Positions 28,636-39,400 of a stretch of 64,000 bases of DNA are shown piece by piece; position 1 is the stretch's first letter, and each line of letters opens with the position of its first letter. Both the position numbers and the translations under genes were made by a program. Source of the stretch: Waterburya sp. (GTDB lineage: Bacteria > Cyanobacteriota > Cyanobacteriia > Cyanobacteriales > Xenococcaceae); the NCBI GenBank assembly GCA_965217895.1, contig CBDCJV010000002.1, positions 1,984,001-2,048,000 on the forward strand, given 5' to 3'. A model generated the notes under the pieces. The model was not told where the DNA came from. It saw only the letters and a list, made by a program, of their open reading frames with translations, and searched no databases.

Positions 28636-28957
28636 TAAGTATTGTCTAGCTACATAATCAACCTGAGTTTGACGAGAATAATCATGAGTCTCAAAACGAG
28701 CCAGGACGAGATTGGATTCGGGCGGTCAACATTCTAAGGTTTCTTTAGAATTGCGTTCTTAGAATATGCGCCTTGGAAAAAAGCATTTCCTCTCGTCAAT
28801 GTCTCACGTTTTTTCAGTATTTCTGACCTCTAACCTTCCGTAATTTAACGTCGATTGGTCTTTTTTCTCGACTTGATGCCACGTCTGTTGGCGCGAAATA
28901 GTTGTTTAAGGTCTTAACCTTTACTTCGACTGCTATATATCTAAAAATATCGCTAAT

Positions 28958-29740
28958 TCATCGAGAATTTGCAGATGCTTTAATCATTTTACTTTTGATA
29001 AAAGGTTTAGAAGCCAAATCCTCTAAACCAACCGTCCTTAATAATTCTGCCCATTTCTTTCTGACTACAGATTGTTGGGCATTAAAATCTTGCTCGTGAG
29101 CTAGTGTAGCGATCGCATCATACCAAAAACCTTGTTCACTATATAATTCAGCCTTTTCTATAGAAGTGGCAGATTGAAGTTTTTGTTCAACAGAGCGATC
29201 AATTTCTTCTTGACGCAGCCAGCCTTCGACAACTACATCACGTGAACGCTCTTGAGGATTACAAATCATTGATAGATACCAATGATAATTTTGATCGGTT
29301 TCCAATTGATTTGAATTAATTACAGCAGGAATTTTGACGCTCATAATTCCTTTTCCTGGAGTAGTCAAAAAAGCCTCATACATCAATTCGTCTTGTTCAT
29401 TGCGCAGCACAAACTCAATAGTTTTTTGTTGGCTAACTTCTGGGACGTAAAAGAAAAGTGTAGGAGAGGCAGAAGCATTAATTCCTAAAGTTTCATTGGG
29501 AATCAAGGCAACTAAATCACTATTATTAGCATTTGCTAAACAATTATCACCACCACCTCGACTTCCGCCATCTCGACGATTGGTAGGCAAACCATAATTA
29601 GAATTGACGGACTGACTTTTTTCTGATTTTTGTTCGGCTGTAGCTGGATTAACTAAACCTACCTGCAACAAATTTAAAATAATTAATAAGCCAAATAATC
29701 TATTTAGTTTACCTAGCACTAATTTAATATTTAACATCAT
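28958..29740 (-). CDS. DUF928 domain secreted protein
   Basis: Signal peptide; RRDGGSRG..C, PTLFFYVP, YHWY...C and GFWYDA motifs. Confidence 0.88.
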   Translation of the reverse strand: MMLNIKLVLGKLNRLFGLLIILNLLQVGLVNPATAEQKSEKSQSVNSNYGLPTNRRDGGSRGGGDNCLANANNSDLVALIPNETLGINASASPTLFFYVPEVSQQKTIEFVLRNEQDELMYEAFLTTPGKGIMSVKIPAVINSNQLETDQNYHWYLSMICNPQERSRDVVVEGWLRQEEIDRSVEQKLQSATSIEKAELYSEQGFWYDAIATLAHEQDFNAQQSVVRKKWAELLRTVGLEDLASKPFIKSKMIKASANSR

Positions 29741-29976
29741 TTATTAACTAAATAAGTTAGTTGATAATATATAAATATATTAGTCTTATTCGCCAATTAA
29801 TGTCCATAGAGGTAAATCCCAACTATACTTGTTTAAACTAATATTTTATAAGCTGATAAATTAAATATTTTCACCGATCATTTTACTAAAATTGCCTTGC
29901 TACTAGTAGATTTACTTAATTAATAATATATTTTTTTGCTCTTTAAACTCTCGATTGTGTAGGAATTAACTAGTCG

Positions 29977-32505
29977 ATGAATAATAATAATGCCAAAACA
30001 GTTTATAAATACTTTAATTTTAAAAAGGCTAGGAATTGGATTGGCGCATATAGTTTATCCTTACTTTTGTTGACGGTTTTTGTTACCTTGATAGTATTAG
30101 GGGCTAGACAATTTGGTGGGTTACAGAGATTAGAATTATTGGCCTACGACTGGATGATTAATTTTAAAAGCAAAAACGAAATCGATCCAAGATTATTAGT
30201 AGTTGAAATTACGGATAAAGATATTGAGTCACAAAATAGCTGGCCAATTACTGATGAAACGATTGCTCAGTTGCTCAAAAATATACAGCAGTATCAGCCA
30301 AAGGTAATTGGCTTTGATCTTTATCGAGAAGTAGCTTATCCTCCAGGTACAAAATCCCTCAGACAAGAATTACAAAAAGATAATGTAGTCGCCATTCAAC
30401 TATTAGGAAATGGAGATAACAGTGTTTCTGCTCCTCCAGGGCTAAAGCCCGAGCAAATTGGTTTTAATGACATAGTTATCGACGAAAGCGATGATGTTCT
30501 GCGTCGGAATCTAATGTATGCTCGGTTGGGTAAAAAAGAAGAGGAAAAAATGTATGCTTTTTCTTTACGCTTAAGTCTCAAATATTTGGCAGAGCCTAAT
30601 CTTTTATTTCAAGTTCATGATGATTCTTTGCAAATCGGTAATGCAGTTTTTCCTGATTTAAAAGCAAATTCAGGTGGTTATCAGCTAAAGTCATCTGAGA
30701 CTGCGGGCTGGCAAACTTTAATTAATTATCGTTCTCCTAATATTGCCCAAAAAGTTACTTTATCGGCGGTATTAGCGGGAAAAGTTCCACCCGATCTAAT
30801 CAAAAATAAGATCGTTTTAATTGGTACTACCGCCCCTAGCATTAAAGATATTCATTCCACTCCTTACAAAGGTGCTAAGGGATATATGCCAGGAGTAATG
30901 GCTCATGCTCAAATGGTCAGTCAAATTCTAAACGTGGTTTTAGACGGCGGTTCTGTATTCTGGTTTTGGTCTGAATGGATTGAAGGGACATGGATTTGGG
31001 GGTGGGCATTGTTAGGAGCAGCGATCGCCTGGAAGCTAAAACATCCCCTAGCAATTATAACCGTAAGTATAATTAGCATTGGCGGTTTATGGGGAATTTG
31101 CTTTATTATCTTTACTTTTAACGGCTGGATTCCATTTGTTCCTCCTGCTGTTACTTTAGCGATAACTACCGCCAGCGTTTTAGGCTATAAATCTTTATAT
31201 AATCTGTTTTATGACTCTTTGACAGGACTACCCAACCGTACTTTATTTACCAAAAAACTTAAGGAACTAAAACAGAGAAATCGCTTTAAATCAAAAGGAT
31301 TAATTGCAATTCTCTGTCTAGATTTAGACCGTTTTAAATTAATTAATGACGGCTTAGGATATCAGGCGGGCGATCGCATTTTGATCGAGACGGCTCAACG
31401 TTTACAGGACAATTTGGATTCCAAGGCAATTCTAGCTAGGGTAGGGGCTGATGAATTTGCGATCGCTCTTAAAACCACCGCAGCAACTACAGAAGCGATC
31501 GAGATAGCTAATAAATTAAATAAAGTATTATCTATTCCTTTTAAACTTAGTCAGCAAGATATCTTTACCTCTGCCAGTATTGGTTTAGCTCTCAATCGTC
31601 TGGGGGAAGATTTTCAAGCAGAAGAACTCCTGCAAGCATCTCATACCGCCATGTATAAGGCTAAGGTATCAGGGAAAAGCCAACATGAAGTATTTGCCAC
31701 CAAGATGCACGAACAGGCATTACAGCGACTGCAACTAGAAGCAGATTTAAATCAGGCGATTATTAATCAAGAATTTGAGCTTTATTATCAGCCCATTATC
31801 TCTCTGGCTACGGGAATGCTCGGTGGTTTTGAGGCTTTGGTACGCTGGCAATCTCCCACTAGGGGTTTTATTTCTCCTGGAGCTTTTATTCCCGTCGCCG
31901 AAGAAACAGGTTTAATTGTGCCAATGGGAAAATGGATCTTAGAAACAGCCTGTAGTCAGATGCAGGAATGGCGCAGAGAGTTTGCTCAAGCACAATCAGT
32001 AGTTATGAGCGTCAATCTTTCTAGCCGACAGTTTGCTCAACCTGACTTGATCGCTCAAATTCAGGAAGCTTTAATTATTACAGAATTAGATCCAGCTAAT
32101 TTGAAGCTGGAGATCACCGAAAGCATGGTGATGGACGATGTGGAAAATACAATTATTTTACTCAATCAGTTGAAAAAATTAAATATTAAAATCAGCATGG
32201 ATGACTTTGGTACAGGGTTTTCTTCTTTTAGTTATCTTCATCGTTTTCCCACGGACACTCTCAAAATAGATCGTTCCTTTGTCAGTAATATGAGTCAGGG
32301 AGTCAAAAATTTGGAGATTGTTAATACCATCGTTATTTTGGCTCACAAACTGGGTATGGATGTCATCGCCGAAGGTATTGAAACTGAGTCAGAAAGAAAA
32401 ATCATTCAAGACTTTAAATGCGAATATGGACAAGGTTATTTCTTTGCGAAACCTTTATCTCGACGTGATGCTACAGAGTTATTTGTTCAAAATAGGCAGT
32501 GGTAA
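29977..32505 (+). CDS. CHASE2-GGDEF-EAL c-di-GMP signalling protein
   Basis: CHASE2 (ELLAYD, DPRLLVVEI, KIVLIG, MPGV..HA), three TMs, DSLTGLPNR...GADEF, EALVRW and DDFGTGFSS. Confidence 0.92.
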   Translation: MNNNNAKTVYKYFNFKKARNWIGAYSLSLLLLTVFVTLIVLGARQFGGLQRLELLAYDWMINFKSKNEIDPRLLVVEITDKDIESQNSWPITDETIAQLLKNIQQYQPKVIGFDLYREVAYPPGTKSLRQELQKDNVVAIQLLGNGDNSVSAPPGLKPEQIGFNDIVIDESDDVLRRNLMYARLGKKEEEKMYAFSLRLSLKYLAEPNLLFQVHDDSLQIGNAVFPDLKANSGGYQLKSSETAGWQTLINYRSPNIAQKVTLSAVLAGKVPPDLIKNKIVLIGTTAPSIKDIHSTPYKGAKGYMPGVMAHAQMVSQILNVVLDGGSVFWFWSEWIEGTWIWGWALLGAAIAWKLKHPLAIITVSIISIGGLWGICFIIFTFNGWIPFVPPAVTLAITTASVLGYKSLYNLFYDSLTGLPNRTLFTKKLKELKQRNRFKSKGLIAILCLDLDRFKLINDGLGYQAGDRILIETAQRLQDNLDSKAILARVGADEFAIALKTTAATTEAIEIANKLNKVLSIPFKLSQQDIFTSASIGLALNRLGEDFQAEELLQASHTAMYKAKVSGKSQHEVFATKMHEQALQRLQLEADLNQAIINQEFELYYQPIISLATGMLGGFEALVRWQSPTRGFISPGAFIPVAEETGLIVPMGKWILETACSQMQEWRREFAQAQSVVMSVNLSSRQFAQPDLIAQIQEALIITELDPANLKLEITESMVMDDVENTIILLNQLKKLNIKISMDDFGTGFSSFSYLHRFPTDTLKIDRSFVSNMSQGVKNLEIVNTIVILAHKLGMDVIAEGIETESERKIIQDFKCEYGQGYFFAKPLSRRDATELFVQNRQW

Positions 32506-32666
32506 TTTTAAAACTGCTTGTATTTGGAGCAAACAGATAACTTTTTCTTTACATATCCTTAATGAGAGTAGGGTAAATAAATACTAGTAGAATGTTTACT
32601 GATAACTATTTTAATTTCAATCATTATCCTCAGTACCAATAGAATAAAAAGCAATTTAATTAAGTT

Positions 32667-33563
32667 ATGAATAATAATTATGAGCCAAGAATTGAACCCC
32701 GTTCGGGAATTGAAAGAAGTTTAGATACTAGTTTTTATTGGATATCAAAGATTCTGGCATTTGCGATCGCTGGTGTTTTAGTTTGGATTACAATTCAAGT
32801 AGCTATTAAAGCTATGCCGGCAATCAGTGAATTTGGCTTAGGCTTTCTGACTAGCAGTAGCTGGAATCCTGTTAATAACCAATATGGAGTTTGGCCAGCA
32901 ATTTACGGCACTTTGGTTAGCTCATTTATTGCCCTGGCAATTTCAGTACCAATTGGTTTAGGGGTAGCTATTTTTCTAAGTGAAGATTATTTGCCCCCTA
33001 TGGTGCAAAGAATTATTGTTTTTCTAGTGGAATTATTAGCAGCCGTACCCAGCGTTGTTTATGGTCTGTGGGGAATTTTTGTTTTGATTCCCTTCCTCAA
33101 AGGTTTTACCCCCCTTAGAGGACCTGGAATGTTACCTGCTGCTCTAATTTTGTCGGTGATGATTTTGCCCACTATTGCTGTTATTTCTCGCGATGCAATT
33201 ATCAATGTAGACCAAGGTATGCGTCAAGCAGCCGTTGGCTTAGGAGCAACTCGTTGGGAAGCTATTTTACAAATTATTTTACCTGCTGCCTCTTCTGGTA
33301 TTATCGGCGGAATTATGCTGGCTTTGGGTCGAGCTTTAGGTGAGACAATGGCAGTAACCATGTTGATTGGTAACTCTAATAAAGTCGATGCTTCGGTTTT
33401 TGCTCCCTCCAATACAGTTTCGTCTCTTTTGGCAAACCAGTTTGCTGAGGCTAGTGGCTTACAGGTAGCAGCTTTGATGTACGCAGCTTTGATTTTATTT
33501 TTTATTACCTTGGTAGTAAATGTTTTGGCACAGCTATTAGTTACTAGACTCCAAAGAATTTAA
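32667..33563 (+). CDS. pstC: Phosphate ABC transporter permease PstC
   Basis: ELLAAVPSVVYGLWG, GATRWE and RALGETMAV motifs. Confidence 0.95.
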   Translation: MNNNYEPRIEPRSGIERSLDTSFYWISKILAFAIAGVLVWITIQVAIKAMPAISEFGLGFLTSSSWNPVNNQYGVWPAIYGTLVSSFIALAISVPIGLGVAIFLSEDYLPPMVQRIIVFLVELLAAVPSVVYGLWGIFVLIPFLKGFTPLRGPGMLPAALILSVMILPTIAVISRDAIINVDQGMRQAAVGLGATRWEAILQIILPAASSGIIGGIMLALGRALGETMAVTMLIGNSNKVDASVFAPSNTVSSLLANQFAEASGLQVAALMYAALILFFITLVVNVLAQLLVTRLQRI

Positions 33564-33602
33564 GAGATTGTCAAAAATTAAGCAAAACTAATTAAAAAAA
33601 TA

Positions 33603-34499
33603 ATGACCATAAACACCTCAAAAAAATCAGGTTTTGACGTTGTAAGCCTCAATAAAAATTCCTCCTCTCCCCGTACTCTGTTTGGCTTGATTATGAGTGG
33701 TATTGCTGGCTTTTTTACCCTGCTAGCAATAATTCCTTTATTTATCATCCTGACTTATTTAATCACTAAAGGAGTTAGCTCTCTCTCTGCATCTGCTTTT
33801 ACTGAGCTACCTCCACCGCCAATGGTAGATGGCGGTGGTTTTGGAAATGCCATTTTAGGTACGCTAATCATGGTAGGTATTGGCGCATTAATCAGCGTGC
33901 CGATAGGAGTTATGGCTGCAATTTATCTCTCGGAATTTTATGAGGGTAAAGCCGCGGATTTGATTCGCTTTGCGACGAATGTACTTAGTGGCGTACCTTC
34001 AATTATTGTGGGTGTATTTGCCTATAGTGCAGTTGTTTTGACTTTTGGGAAATATTCTGCTTGGGCAGGGGGATTTGCCTTGGCAATTTTAATGTTGCCC
34101 ATCATCGTCCGTACCACTGATGAAGCCCTCAAGCTTGTTCCCCAAGAAGTGCGACAAGCATCAGTTGGTATTGGCGCAAATCAATACCAGACAGTTTTGC
34201 AGGTAGTCTTACCCGCTGCCATCCCCGCCATTATTACAGGCGTTACTCTAGCGATCGCTCGTGCTGCTGGAGAAACCGCCCCGTTGCTCTTTACCGCCCT
34301 ATTTACTCAATATTGGCCTAATTGGGGTAATGGTTTAGCTGAACCTACGGCTTCTCTGGCGGTGCTTGTTTATAATTTTGCGATCGTTCCTTTTAAAAAC
34401 CAGCAAGAATTAGCTTGGGGTGCAGCATTTATCTTGGTGCTAATGGTTTTAATTACCAGTGTTGCTTCACGCTTGGCAACGGCAAAGAGGACTTATTGA
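33603..34499 (+). CDS. pstA: Phosphate ABC transporter permease PstA
   Basis: GGGFGNAILGT, LSGVPSIIVG and ARAAGETAPLLFT motifs. Confidence 0.95.
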   Translation: MTINTSKKSGFDVVSLNKNSSSPRTLFGLIMSGIAGFFTLLAIIPLFIILTYLITKGVSSLSASAFTELPPPPMVDGGGFGNAILGTLIMVGIGALISVPIGVMAAIYLSEFYEGKAADLIRFATNVLSGVPSIIVGVFAYSAVVLTFGKYSAWAGGFALAILMLPIIVRTTDEALKLVPQEVRQASVGIGANQYQTVLQVVLPAAIPAIITGVTLAIARAAGETAPLLFTALFTQYWPNWGNGLAEPTASLAVLVYNFAIVPFKNQQELAWGAAFILVLMVLITSVASRLATAKRTY

Positions 34500-34557
34500 T
34501 TTTCTGATATTGTAAATTAAAATACGGTCTTCACTTTATAATAAAACATCTAAAATT

Positions 34558-35882
34558 TTAAATTCGCGAAGAATTATTTTCGCTTTTATTACTTTGTTTG
34601 AGAATAATAAGAGATGTAATAATAACATATAACATTATCAAAAAGACGCTGAAAAATAAGGCTCTAGGTACAATAATAAAGCCAGCTATACTCAATAGTA
34701 TTCCAGATAGAAAAAGAATAATTATCTTATTACTAATTAAATCTTTAGCATCTATTTGGCTGCTAATAATCAGTAGAGGCAAGATCATTTGAATATCATA
34801 ATAAGAATATCTACCGACTGGAATAAAAAAGTCGCCGATTAAACAGATTAAAGTTCCCAATAAAAATAAATGAGCCATATTCTTATTTTTTAAGGAAAAC
34901 TTTAAAACATACAGTGAGAAAAATACTAGAGTAATTACAAATCCAATTAACAAAATATCTCGCTTGTTAGGTATATCTAAAGCATTTAAAACATCATATA
35001 AAGAAGTATTGTCAAGATAGTATTCTAAAGGGTTTCTAACGGTTGTATCGAATCCTTCAATCATTTTGGGATAAACAATATCTGGGCTAGGAAGAGTTCT
35101 TTCTGAAGGTGGCAAATATGTATTTAAATCTATAAAGCCAGTCATTCCCAGCATAGTCAGGAGGTATTTTTTCCAAATAAAAACACCAGCTACAGTACAC
35201 GATAAAGCTACGCTAAGTACTAAACCAAAAAATCCTCCTAAGAGAAAGGAATATCTCTGGCAAATTAGAAAAGGAATAAAAAATAGGATAAAAGAGGGTC
35301 TTAGGCTAACCGTTATGCCTACAAATAAACCACCAAGAATATTATTGAATTTTGATGGTTGATTTAGAAAAAACCAGGCTATTGATAGTAGAAAAACATA
35401 AACGATATATATTTGACCTGAGTTAACGTGAAAACGCCAAAACAAGCTATTGGCAAAAAAAAACTAACAACAAGTATTAAGTTCTTTTCAGGCTGAGAAT
35501 TGCTAGTTTTTAGAAAGATTATTACAGTGCCTAATAATGCTGCCCATTGGACTATTAGCCAAATTACTTTTTGCTGTAGATAAGATAGTCCTGCGATCGC
35601 TGAATGCAAAACTAAGACAGTAGGTGGAACGCTAACTTTGGACAATAATTCTGTGGGAATATCTAACGGATCGTAAAATTTTGCTGATAATCCTGGATGC
35701 CATTTAAAAAAATAAGGATCTATTCCTTCCAGCATTAATCTTGCTCCTACAATCCTATTTCTTAAATCTGTACCTGGATATATAAGAGTATTTCGTAGAT
35801 CGACTAGAAAGCCGATAATTGTAATAACTATTGCTACGATTAGCAGTAGATTTATTATTTTGTTTTTTTTAGTTAATTCCAT
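34558..35882 (-). pseudogene. GT87/DUF2029-like membrane glycosyltransferase split by a frameshift in an A9 tract (35455-35463)
   Basis: Overlapping ORFs 35379-35882 (DLRNRIVGAR...PPT) and 34558-35445 (GQ...RP) join if the tract is one base longer. Confidence 0.75.
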
Positions 35883-35914
35883 GTTTTTGATTTTATTATT
35901 TTGCTTTAAAAAAA

Positions 35915-36808
35915 CTAAACAGTACGAGTTGAATTAAAATTAAATCTTTCCCAGAAAAAGCCAGCAACATTAGCTACCTGAGAAATAAGAAATAAACCAG
36001 AGATAAGCAATTTTGGTTGCCGAGAAGCTTGAGAAAAAGGATAGGAAAGCAAATTAAAATAAAAGGATAATGGTTCGACTTCTATATTTTTGGCTACTCT
36101 TTGCGATTGCAATTTGTGAAAACAAAAAGCCCCTCTACCATAGCCAAAGTGTTGTTTCCAGAATGAAGCTAAACTGAGCTTGTGATAGTGATTAACCTGA
36201 GCGTCAGGAACATATAGCATCGGATAAACTTGATTCCAGCGATCGCAAAACTCTCTATCTTCCGCAGCAGCCAAAGGGAAAGATACATCAAAACCATTTA
36301 AGGCTTTAAAATTAGCAGCGGGCATGGCAATATTATTAGAAGCAAAAAAAGCATTCTTACCTTTTGCAGGGTTGTAATATTCATAGAGATAATCAATCAG
36401 TTTTTGGGATGCAGTAGAAAAAGGATTATTATCTAAAGCATTAATTGTTTTACCGCCAATCATGGCTTCTGGATTATTCGCCAAGCCAACAGCCAACTGA
36501 GCTAGCCAATTAGGGGTTGGCTGACAATCATCATCGGTAAAAGCCAAAAATTCTCCTGTTGCCACTTCTGCGCCCTTATTTCTGGCAGCAGCCGGACCAG
36601 CATTTTTTTGGCGTAATAACTTAAGATTTATCTTGTCTTGTAAAAGGGCAACTACCTCATTCAAAGGTGTTTTGCTGCCGTCATCTACTATAATTACTTG
36701 AAAATGATCGCGGGGATAGTCTAAAAGAGCGATCGCCTGTAAACAGCTTGCTAGTCTTTCAGGGCGATTATAGGTAGGAATAATAATTGAGAAAAAGGGC
36801 ATATTCAT
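35915..36808 (-). CDS. Glycosyltransferase family 2
   Basis: SIIIPTYNR, VDDGS, GPAAARN, FTDDD and AEDRE motifs. Confidence 0.92.
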   Translation of the reverse strand: MNMPFFSIIIPTYNRPERLASCLQAIALLDYPRDHFQVIIVDDGSKTPLNEVVALLQDKINLKLLRQKNAGPAAARNKGAEVATGEFLAFTDDDCQPTPNWLAQLAVGLANNPEAMIGGKTINALDNNPFSTASQKLIDYLYEYYNPAKGKNAFFASNNIAMPAANFKALNGFDVSFPLAAAEDREFCDRWNQVYPMLYVPDAQVNHYHKLSLASFWKQHFGYGRGAFCFHKLQSQRVAKNIEVEPLSFYFNLLSYPFSQASRQPKLLISGLFLISQVANVAGFFWERFNFNSTRTV

Positions 36809-36820
36809 AATAATAAATAA

Positions 36821-38323
36821 TTATTTAAAAGACTTTATACCGTTGACTATTTCTAATGTCGAGGATTTACCCCCAGGCAACAACAACCAAAACGCTATAT
36901 AAATCAAGCCATAAGTAACAGATCTGCCGATAAACTCCAAGAATAGGCGATCGCTAGTTATCAAACCTCTACTAAAATAGAGGCAAGCTGCTGCAATAAT
37001 CGAAGCTACAAATGGTCGCCAAATTGCATCCATAAAATCACTCCAGCCAAGAGGAGAAAACTTGAGACAGTAGTTAACCGCAGGATAGGTTAACAAACAA
37101 GTCCCAATCATATATCCCATCGCTACACCATAAGCACCCCACTTGGCACCAATGACTACCGCAGCAATCATTACTGGAGTGTGAATCAATGCCCAACGAA
37201 ACTGTCTTTGAGTTTGACCAGCAGAGACATAGAGCCATTTGGTAACGCGGTACATACTAACAACGTATACTGAAATAGCCAGTAACTTGAATAACGGCAC
37301 TGCTTCTAGCCATTGTTCTCCTAGCAGTAACAAGATGACGTTATGCGCTTCTACAAAAGAATAAGCCAAGGCAGGGAAACAAAAAGCAAAGATTGGCATT
37401 AATCCGTGACGAGAATAGGATCGATACAAATCAGGATCGTGCTGGACGCGACTGAGGCTGGATACTGCCACATCAAACATAGGAAAATAAACCTGTTCAA
37501 AAGGAAAATATGCCCATTTATAAGCTATATAGTATAAACCCAAAGCGTTAGAACCACTGACATAACCAATCAGAATGCGGTCGAGGTGCATTCCTATCCG
37601 AGTAAGAAAACGAAAGCCTGTTAAATGTCTGCCATAGCTCAACATTGAATCCAATTCGGCGTTTGAGTTATTATCTTTGACGTATTTGCTGGGTCGCCAG
37701 TCACAAACCCACCATTGAGCAATGCTTTGAGTTACCTGCATTACTGATAGTTGCAATACTAATGCCCAGTAACCCCAGCCGATTTTAGCAGCAGCGATCG
37801 CAACTATAGTACTTAACAACAGGGCAACTAATTCAATGATTGTTAGAGTTCCAAAGCGCATTTGTCGCTTTAACAAAGAATTATGTTGAAAAGCAAGACA
37901 GACACTAAATGCACCTACAGCCAGACCCAAAATCATTCCTGTGAGTCTTGATTCATTGTAAAACCTTGCCACAAAGGGAGCAAACAAGACCGTTATCCCA
38001 ATCAGTAAAGCATTAATTTTCAGCGCTCGCCAGAAAACTGCACTAGCCTGTTGCTGATCTAAAACATCTTTTTGTACTATTGCCGTTTCTAAACCAAAGC
38101 TGCTTAAGCTGTCTACCAGCAGAAATACGGGAGTAGCCATAGCCAACAGTCCGAAGTCTCCTGGAGTAAGTAAACGAGCTAAGATAGCAGTCGAACCAAT
38201 ACCCAGAACCAACTTTAGTGGCTGAGAAGCAAAGGTAATCATACCTGAGCGGATTGACTTCTGCTTCAAGTTGGCAGATAGATCGTCAGTATCAAAGTGC
38301 TGCTGAGAGGATTTCTGGGTCAT
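36821..38323 (-). CDS. Wzx/WzxC-type polysaccharide flippase
   Basis: ILARLLTPGDFGL, LG.Y..AY and LLLGEQW motifs; about 12-14 TMs. Confidence 0.9.
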   Translation of the reverse strand: MTQKSSQQHFDTDDLSANLKQKSIRSGMITFASQPLKLVLGIGSTAILARLLTPGDFGLLAMATPVFLLVDSLSSFGLETAIVQKDVLDQQQASAVFWRALKINALLIGITVLFAPFVARFYNESRLTGMILGLAVGAFSVCLAFQHNSLLKRQMRFGTLTIIELVALLLSTIVAIAAAKIGWGYWALVLQLSVMQVTQSIAQWWVCDWRPSKYVKDNNSNAELDSMLSYGRHLTGFRFLTRIGMHLDRILIGYVSGSNALGLYYIAYKWAYFPFEQVYFPMFDVAVSSLSRVQHDPDLYRSYSRHGLMPIFAFCFPALAYSFVEAHNVILLLLGEQWLEAVPLFKLLAISVYVVSMYRVTKWLYVSAGQTQRQFRWALIHTPVMIAAVVIGAKWGAYGVAMGYMIGTCLLTYPAVNYCLKFSPLGWSDFMDAIWRPFVASIIAAACLYFSRGLITSDRLFLEFIGRSVTYGLIYIAFWLLLPGGKSSTLEIVNGIKSFK

Positions 38324-38338
38324 GACGGTTTATCTCCT

Positions 38339-39358
38339 CTATGCTTTTACCAAGCGTTTGATTTTGCCAAGCGACCAGTCTTTTGCTAGATTTGCTTTTG
38401 CAGAGATAGTTCTTTGACTATTTAAAAAACCATAAAAACGCTGTACCTGCTCTAAAGGTGAGCGATGAGAAATATTAACTGCTGTTTTTAATGCTGCACG
38501 ATCTATATTTTTAGATAGGTTAGGTAAATGTTGCTGTGTAGGAGGATATCCCAACAAATCTAGCATTGGTGCTGCAACTTGTGCTACTTTTTGTTTTTGG
38601 CGACCGCTTAAAGTCTTTTGCCATTGACCCGAACTACCCTTCCTTAAATGCTTTGGGCTTTGCTGCTGCATGGTTTTAAAAGCAACGTTGTGTTTGATTT
38701 GGGCGATCGCTTCTGGGGATAATTCTATTTCTAAATAAGCCAGTAATCCTTCTAACTCACTGTCAAATGAATGTAGCAATCGCTCATAAAAAATAGGATA
38801 AACATTTAATTCTGTCTGATATTTTAAATAACCGCCTACGTGCTGCACCCATTGGCGCGTCATCTCTTCAATCCTGTTCTCTAAATAAGCTTCGGGGTTT
38901 TGTTCGTAATGAGGCAAACTATTTTTGAGCTTATGTTCGGTAAAGGCAAACTTTGAATAAGAAATTGCCACGTCACGAGGATCGCGAATAATATAAATAA
39001 TTTTATTAAATTTAGGTAATATAGACTTGGCTAGCGGATTTAAAGTCGAATGAGTCCACACCTGACTACATTGCTGAATATAATCATCTATATCTGCAAT
39101 TTCTTCACGAAAAACTCCGCTGAGACGACAGTAGCAACTTTTTCCTTCAATAGATAAAAAATCCATCGAACTTTGACCCGCAAAGCTCAACTGCCAATTC
39201 TTTGCTTGCCGTTGAATCGGGTGCTGTTGAATATAGCTGCGATGTTCTTCTCCTGCTGAGGCGAGAATATTACGAATAATACTATAAAGCCAATAATTTC
39301 CGCTTTTAGGAACTCCTGCTTGTAATACATTTATCATTGAACATTTATCATTGATCAT
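38339..39358 (-). CDS. Sulfotransferase domain protein
   Basis: PKSG 5'-PSB loop, RDPRDVAIS 3'-PB motif, YE.L and RKGSSGQW. Confidence 0.9.
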   Translation of the reverse strand: MINDKCSMINVLQAGVPKSGNYWLYSIIRNILASAGEEHRSYIQQHPIQRQAKNWQLSFAGQSSMDFLSIEGKSCYCRLSGVFREEIADIDDYIQQCSQVWTHSTLNPLAKSILPKFNKIIYIIRDPRDVAISYSKFAFTEHKLKNSLPHYEQNPEAYLENRIEEMTRQWVQHVGGYLKYQTELNVYPIFYERLLHSFDSELEGLLAYLEIELSPEAIAQIKHNVAFKTMQQQSPKHLRKGSSGQWQKTLSGRQKQKVAQVAAPMLDLLGYPPTQQHLPNLSKNIDRAALKTAVNISHRSPLEQVQRFYGFLNSQRTISAKANLAKDWSLGKIKRLVKA

Positions 39359-39400
39359 TTATCAGTCCCCTAGTCCCCTAGTCTCCCAGTCCCCCAGTCT
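39325..39400. repeat. STRR-like repeats at the GT4/sulfotransferase junction
   Basis: CATTTATCATTGA copies followed by AGTCCCC(T/C) 8-mers. Confidence 0.7.

Noticed and set aside
28659..28938. Possible IS remnant between the MITE and DUF928
   Set aside because: End-like motifs are present (CAACCTGAGTTTGACG, ACTGCTATA), but I could find no matching TIR pair or convincing transposase frame.
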